DNA of 64,000 bases. It comes from Amoebidium appalachense. Its lineage: Eukaryota; Protista; Ichthyosporea. The DNA is taken from NCBI GenBank assembly GCA_963693365.1, contig CAVNZM010000001.1:14370418-14434417 (forward strand), written 5' to 3'. The position numbers were made by a program, and so were the translations under genes. Positions 60,612-64,000 of this stretch are shown here, piece by piece (the first letter of the stretch is position 1; each line of letters starts with the position of its first letter). The notes beneath the pieces are model-generated. The model worked only from the letters and a program-made list of their open reading frames with translations, did not search any database and had not been told where the DNA came from.

Positions 60612-60896
60612 TAAGCCTATGTAAATCTATCCCAAAAAACTACCTAAATATCATATTGCTTTTCTCCCGATCTATCACAAAACCTACCTAAATATCATAG
60701 ATCATATCCCGGAAAATCCCGAAAAATGGACCTAAATATCAAGTTCATATCTCCCTTGGGCCCCTATCTATCCCGAGAAATATCATTTTTCTCTCGCTGA
60801 AGCCTAAATATCCGGGCTAATATCCGGTGCTAAACTTAGCCCGGCGGGCAGGTATCCATAATATTTCGAAGACTCAGGCCTAAGTATCACATGTGC

Positions 60897-60964
<68 letters not shown>

Positions 60965-61004
60965 TGGGTGGGTGGGTGGGTGGGTGCACGTGGGTGGGTG
61001 GGGT

Positions 61005-61036
<32 letters not shown>

Positions 61037-61169
61037 GGGGGGGGGGGGGGGGGGGGGATGCATGCATGCATAAAAAGGATATGCATATGGATCACATGCA
61101 CCATTACGTACGTGTGAGTCGTGACAAGTCTGCAGTGCACGTGTGGCCGGCCCCGGCCTCGATTGAGGG

Positions 61170-61220
<51 letters not shown>

Positions 61221-61284
61221 GGAATAACTTGTATGCATGCATGAATAAAAGAGTATGTGTGCACGAACCAGAAGGCCAAAGGCT

Positions 61285-61322
<38 letters not shown>

Positions 61323-61702
61323 CGGACTCAAGGCACGGGACGGTCTTGCCACCACAATGAAATTTTATCCTTGCTCACGTCGACTACTTATCTTCTACTA
61401 CATATACATGACTTTTTATCAGCCTGACTTTGCTCTCGTTCACAACCTTGATCTTAGCCTATTTGCTGTGATATCCCTGGCCACAAACATATATAATATA
61501 TCCCTAAACCCACGGGATACCTAAATCTATCCTGAGCGCTCGACCGGGATATATCCACCCCCTGTGGATAGATTGGAAATCCCGCCCCTCCCTAAATATC
61601 ATTTGGAACTATCCCAAAACTGCCTAAATATCCGGATATATCCCATATCCCGAGGACCCCTAAATATCCTGTGGAGATGCGGGATTTTTTTACATAGGCT
61701 TA
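60612..61702. mobile_element. Non-autonomous hAT-type DNA transposon (MITE-like, 1091 bp)
   Basis: Perfect 14-bp TIRs TAAGCCTATGTAAA (60612-60625) and TTTACATAGGCTTA (61689-61702). 8-bp TSD GCCTCCAC (60604-60611 and 61703-61710). Subterminal CCTAAATATC repeats at both ends; no transposase ORF. An 8-bp TSD is typical of hAT. Confidence 0.9.
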
Positions 61703-61989
61703 GCCTCCACTCTCTCTAACGCTTGAATGTGGATAACGTATATGTATGTGAGGCAGGAGGGGGAAAAAAAGAAAAAAAAAAAAAAGCGTAAATAGTTTAT
61801 ATAGTTTATGGGATGTATATGAAAAATGGTGCTAGGATGACATGATGCCTACAGGCTGCAGGGCTAACGGCCATGATCATTCACATCTGGAATTCGAGCC
61901 TATGCCATTTCACCACTGTTTACCAAGAATGCGGTGGTACATACTTGTGATAAAACACCAATGAGATGCAATGGTCTGATTGACGGGCG

Positions 61990-62041
<52 letters not shown>

Positions 62042-62219
62042 GGGTGGCGGAGGGGGATCAGTTTTTCCTGGCAAGCCCTCCCCCCGCCCCCCCCCTCCCA
62101 CACCCCTTCCCTCTACTCACTACTAGGCCTCTCTAGCCCCCTCCCAGACCCATATCCCGGCCGGATCCCCCCCAAGGCGTCAAATCCCCTTCCCCCCCCG
62201 GGACGGGGACACGAGTTCT

Positions 62220-62860
<641 letters not shown>

Positions 62861-63694
62861 TATAATGGCAGTTGTACTGCATACAATACGCCTGTCATAC
62901 GCAAGCCTCCTCTTGCCTGGGCCCACGCGCCCACGCGCGCACCCAGTGTACTGCAGCTGTATGTATGATCATAGGCACAGGGCGTGCACTGTGTGTGTCA
63001 CAGTCACACACACACTCTCTCTTTCTCTTTCTCAGACTGTCATAGTACTCCTCAATTGACGCTTGTTATTCGTCACATTCCCTCTGTTCCCCTCTAGATC
63101 TCTCTTTGAATGCACCGGTATACCGCGTCGAACGGGCGTGTCACTGGGAGGCGGGGGGGCGGGGGGTTTTCAGTGCAATGTAACGGGTGGGGTGGGTGGG
63201 TGGGTGGGTGGGGGGGGGAGGGGGGGGGGGAAGGGGGGGGGGGGGGGGGTAGACTCCGACCTGCCCAGGCCTTTCCGCTGCCAATCATCTATTATAATAA
63301 CCAGTGAACCCATGGCATATCGGACGCAAGAATATCGATTTGGTCACCATCATGGGCCCCGGTGGTCTTCACTAAATTTAAATCGAAACTTTGAAAGTGT
63401 GCTACACCGTGTTGAAGGCTCCCTCCCCCCTCCCTCCCCCTCCCCATGCCCCTCCCTCGCCCAAACACGCACACACACACACACGGTTATTCTCTGCCTC
63501 TATGCATTTACATGTGGCACACACAACCAGCGTCACAGACACTTCACGACACACACAAGTACCACACAAACACAGGTGCAAGAACACACACCTGCATGTG
63601 ATCCACATGCACACAGACACGCTAACCTTAAAAAAAATTCAATATGTACCGGATCAACACACCCACAGTCTCCCAACGCACGCACACACACGCA

Positions 63695-63750
<56 letters not shown>

Positions 63751-63751
63751 T

Positions 63752-63789
<38 letters not shown>

Positions 63790-64000
63790 CACGCACTCAC
63801 GCACGCGCACACGCACACACACGCACAGTCACACACACACACACACGAGTACGATAATCTTCCACCCGGTAATTGTTACTCGGGTGTGACGGGTGTCCCC
63901 CTTCACCACCCGCTCTCCCCTCCCTCACCTCCCTCACCTCCTTTTCGAATTAAAAATATAGAGTCCATAATGTTCACCAACTTAAATACTGCACAAGCTG

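Overview
Eukaryotic, intron-rich genomic DNA saturated with (CA/GT)n, (GA/CT)n and poly-C/poly-G tracts. Most ORFs in the supplied track are translated microsatellites. By splicing exons by hand (all GT-AG, phases checked) I recover three complete genes: NDUFA9 (minus, 13 exons, about 368 aa), a head-to-head SEC16 (plus, 27 exons, about 1713 aa), and a secreted F-type-lectin/TCAF-like/M60 metallopeptidase fusion (minus, 8 exons, about 929 aa). The 3' part of a low-complexity coiled-coil gene lies at the left edge. The non-coding highlights are: (1) a family of nine 5'-truncated copies sharing a 3' end (mostly GCATTCAAA) and abutting poly-C tracts, one with a clean 16-bp target-site duplication, which suggests a poly-C-targeting retroelement; (2) a second element embedded in (CA)n tracts; (3) a non-autonomous hAT-type element with 14-bp TIRs and an 8-bp TSD; (4) about a quarter of 3' splice sites preceded by (CA)n instead of a polypyrimidine tract; (5) CArG-box clusters next to three acceptors; and (6) a tandem array built from a branch-point/acceptor unit. 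The organism may be a unicellular holozoan, but this is inference only. No database searches were run.
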